DNA of 63,761 nt, filler included, from Intoshia linei (taxonomy: Eukaryota > Animalia > Orthonectida), in NCBI GenBank assembly GCA_001642005.1. It is 13 parts of 13 records of this genome, joined end to end, with 100 filler letters (N's around TTAATTAATTAA, not from the genome) between each part and the next. Parts side by side here need not be neighbours in the genome. Positions count along the whole stretch, not along the records: positions 62,061 to 63,761 come from LWCA01002558.1; 12 more parts are not named here. The stretch is one strand, 5' to 3'. Shown here piece after piece: positions 61,961 to 63,761 of this stretch (position 1 is its first letter; every line of letters begins with the position of its first letter). The position numbers were made by a program, and so were the translations under genes. Under the pieces are notes generated by a model, which searched no databases, was not told the origin of the DNA, and was given only the letters and a program-made list of their open reading frames with translations.

Positions 61961-62060
61961 NNNNNNNNNNNNNNNNNNNNNNNNNNNNNNNNNNNNNNNN
62001 NNNNTTAATTAATTAANNNNNNNNNNNNNNNNNNNNNNNNNNNNNNNNNNNNNNNNNNNN

Positions 62061-62450
62061 AACTAAACCGAAAGGCATCACTTTGAATTGATATAGCGTT
62101 CCTTTAGGTCCCACCGAAAAGGTTGTTTTATCTTTGGATGCCAAAGATAAAGGTACTTGCCAAAATCCGGAACATAAATCGAAAGTTGAAAATATTGAGT
62201 TTTCTTGTAAATCATCGAAAATTTGTGTTTGTTTTGGGACAGGATAAGTGTCTCGTTTTGAAATAGAGTTTAGTTTACGACAATCCACGCAGAATCGATT
62301 AAAACCGTCCTTCTTTTTTACAATTAAACAAGATGATCTGTATTGACTTTTAGCAAGTTTGATAATTCCATTGTCGAGCATTTCATTTATTTGATCCGAT
62401 ACTATTTGTCTTTGGTGAATAAGAATGACCTACTATAGGCTTTTTATTAT
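62061..62450 (-). mobile_element. Ty3/Gypsy reverse transcriptase N-terminal fragment
   Basis: MLDNGII...SQYRSSCLIVKKKDG..RFCVDCRKLN...DTYPVP...FSTFDLCSGFWQVPL...KTTF...YQFKVMPFGL. Confidence 0.93.
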
Positions 62451-63761
62451 CTTTGATTGATGTCATGAGTAATTTTTTGACTTTCCTTGTTTGTTCGTAA
62501 AAATATGCTTGTTTGTATATTATACTCTTTAAATTATCGTTTAATGATGCCATTGCCTTTAGATTTGTAGTACCGTTAATATGTGGGTCGCACATATCGA
62601 CTGATTTAAATTCGAATCGCCTAAAAAAAAAATAGGATTCAAGTTATTGATTTTTAATTGTATAGGATTTTGAATTATGTCGATTGAATTATTCTGTAAG
62701 AAATCTAATATGTAATATTGTAAATACTGTAATAATAATAAAGCAATTTTCATTCCTTCGATTATATCCAGTATTACAGTACTTTTAAGTAAAAATATAT
62801 TTGTAGTGTGAGTTCGTTTATTTTACAATAAAATATATTTTGAAGTGTCGGTTTAATTCTATATATAATCTTGTGTCCCGTGTAAGTGGAAATAAAGATT
62901 CTATCAAATTGAAATGTGTTGTTATCATTAACGCTACAACAATTATAATTAAAATATTTAAAATTAATTTTTATCTAATTATACGACTATAAAGATACAT
63001 TATGGTTTTAATATTATAAAATACTGACTTTTCATCCATTAAAATAAACTTATATTCGTTTAAATATATTATTTTTTTTAAAATAAAATTTTCGTACTTC
63101 GCCTGACCAAATTAAGATTAAATTATAAATTAAAAGCGACATCTTACATTGTATACAAAATGTCAAAAATACTTTTTGAATTTCAAACAAAAATGTTAAA
63201 TTGGGACACTCTAATGCATATAACATTGGCGACTATATATGTTTACAGGCGATCAGTGGCGTAGCGTGACTTTTCTCACAAGGTGTTCGGGAATGGTTCC
63301 TTGGTAACATAAAATTTTTAAATAAAGTTAAAATAAATACCGAAATATAAAGAAATGTTCATAAGGAATCGCGAATACAGAAAATTGAAAACCACTTCTA
63401 TAAAGTATGCTTGAAAGATAACTTGTATTTGATATGAATTTAATTTGTTTTATTCTTGTAAATAAAATTTTTGACCGATTAGAAATAGAATACTGTATTT
63501 AAATTAAAGTTCAAATCTATATCTATATGTAAGTTGTTCATTTTATTTTCAACACACCTTGAGTAAAATTTGACAATGTAAATCTCTAGAAAATATTTCC
63601 ATATTATAAATGTTAGATAAATTTATTATTAAGATACTATGAAATTGTGTTCGCTAAATTTTCAAGACACCTTAAAGTTAAGTATAATTTTAGAATTTAA
63701 ATCTCTATAAAAAATATTTATCCAATTTTTACGATGTACAAATTTATTCTAATTGAAATTT

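Larger units (their letters stand above)
9403..62016. other. Twelve scaffold gaps with an artificial TTAATTAATTAA linker (9403, 21171, 25701, 30171, 33099, 34699, 40127, 47597, 49872, 54291, 56512, 62005)
   Basis: An identical 12-mer, giving stops in all six frames, is centred in each N run. Confidence 0.97.

Noticed and set aside
9403-62016. Recurring TTAATTAATTAA palindrome
   Set aside because: Always centred in N runs, so it is a synthetic six-frame-stop scaffold linker rather than biology. ORFs containing X or ending in LIN are artefacts.

Overview
This is very AT-rich eukaryotic (animal) draft-assembly DNA with many 30-40 nt GT-AG introns. The compact intron style would fit a reduced-genome invertebrate such as an orthonectid, but that is inference only. 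Twelve N-gaps each carry an artificial TTAATTAATTAA linker. Host genes read by manual splicing are: SEC14L1/RETM-like (minus, 190-7723), with a divergent RagA/B GTPase gene (plus, 1355-2528) nested antisense inside the intron that splits its GOLD domain; PDCD4 (minus, 5' end missing); a ZC3H18-like gene (minus, 5' end missing); a decaying multi-PLAT (LOXHD1-like) pseudogene; and a few orphan ORFs. The rest is dense transposon debris: a multicopy non-autonomous Helitron, nested hAT MITEs with target-site duplications (TSDs), fragments of Buster, piggyBac, mariner, Tc1/Tc3, Chapaev3-like and Sailor (DD82E) transposases, Gypsy RT and integrase fragments, a foldback element, and a ~142-145 bp satellite. 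All homology calls come from recalled family motifs, not database searches.
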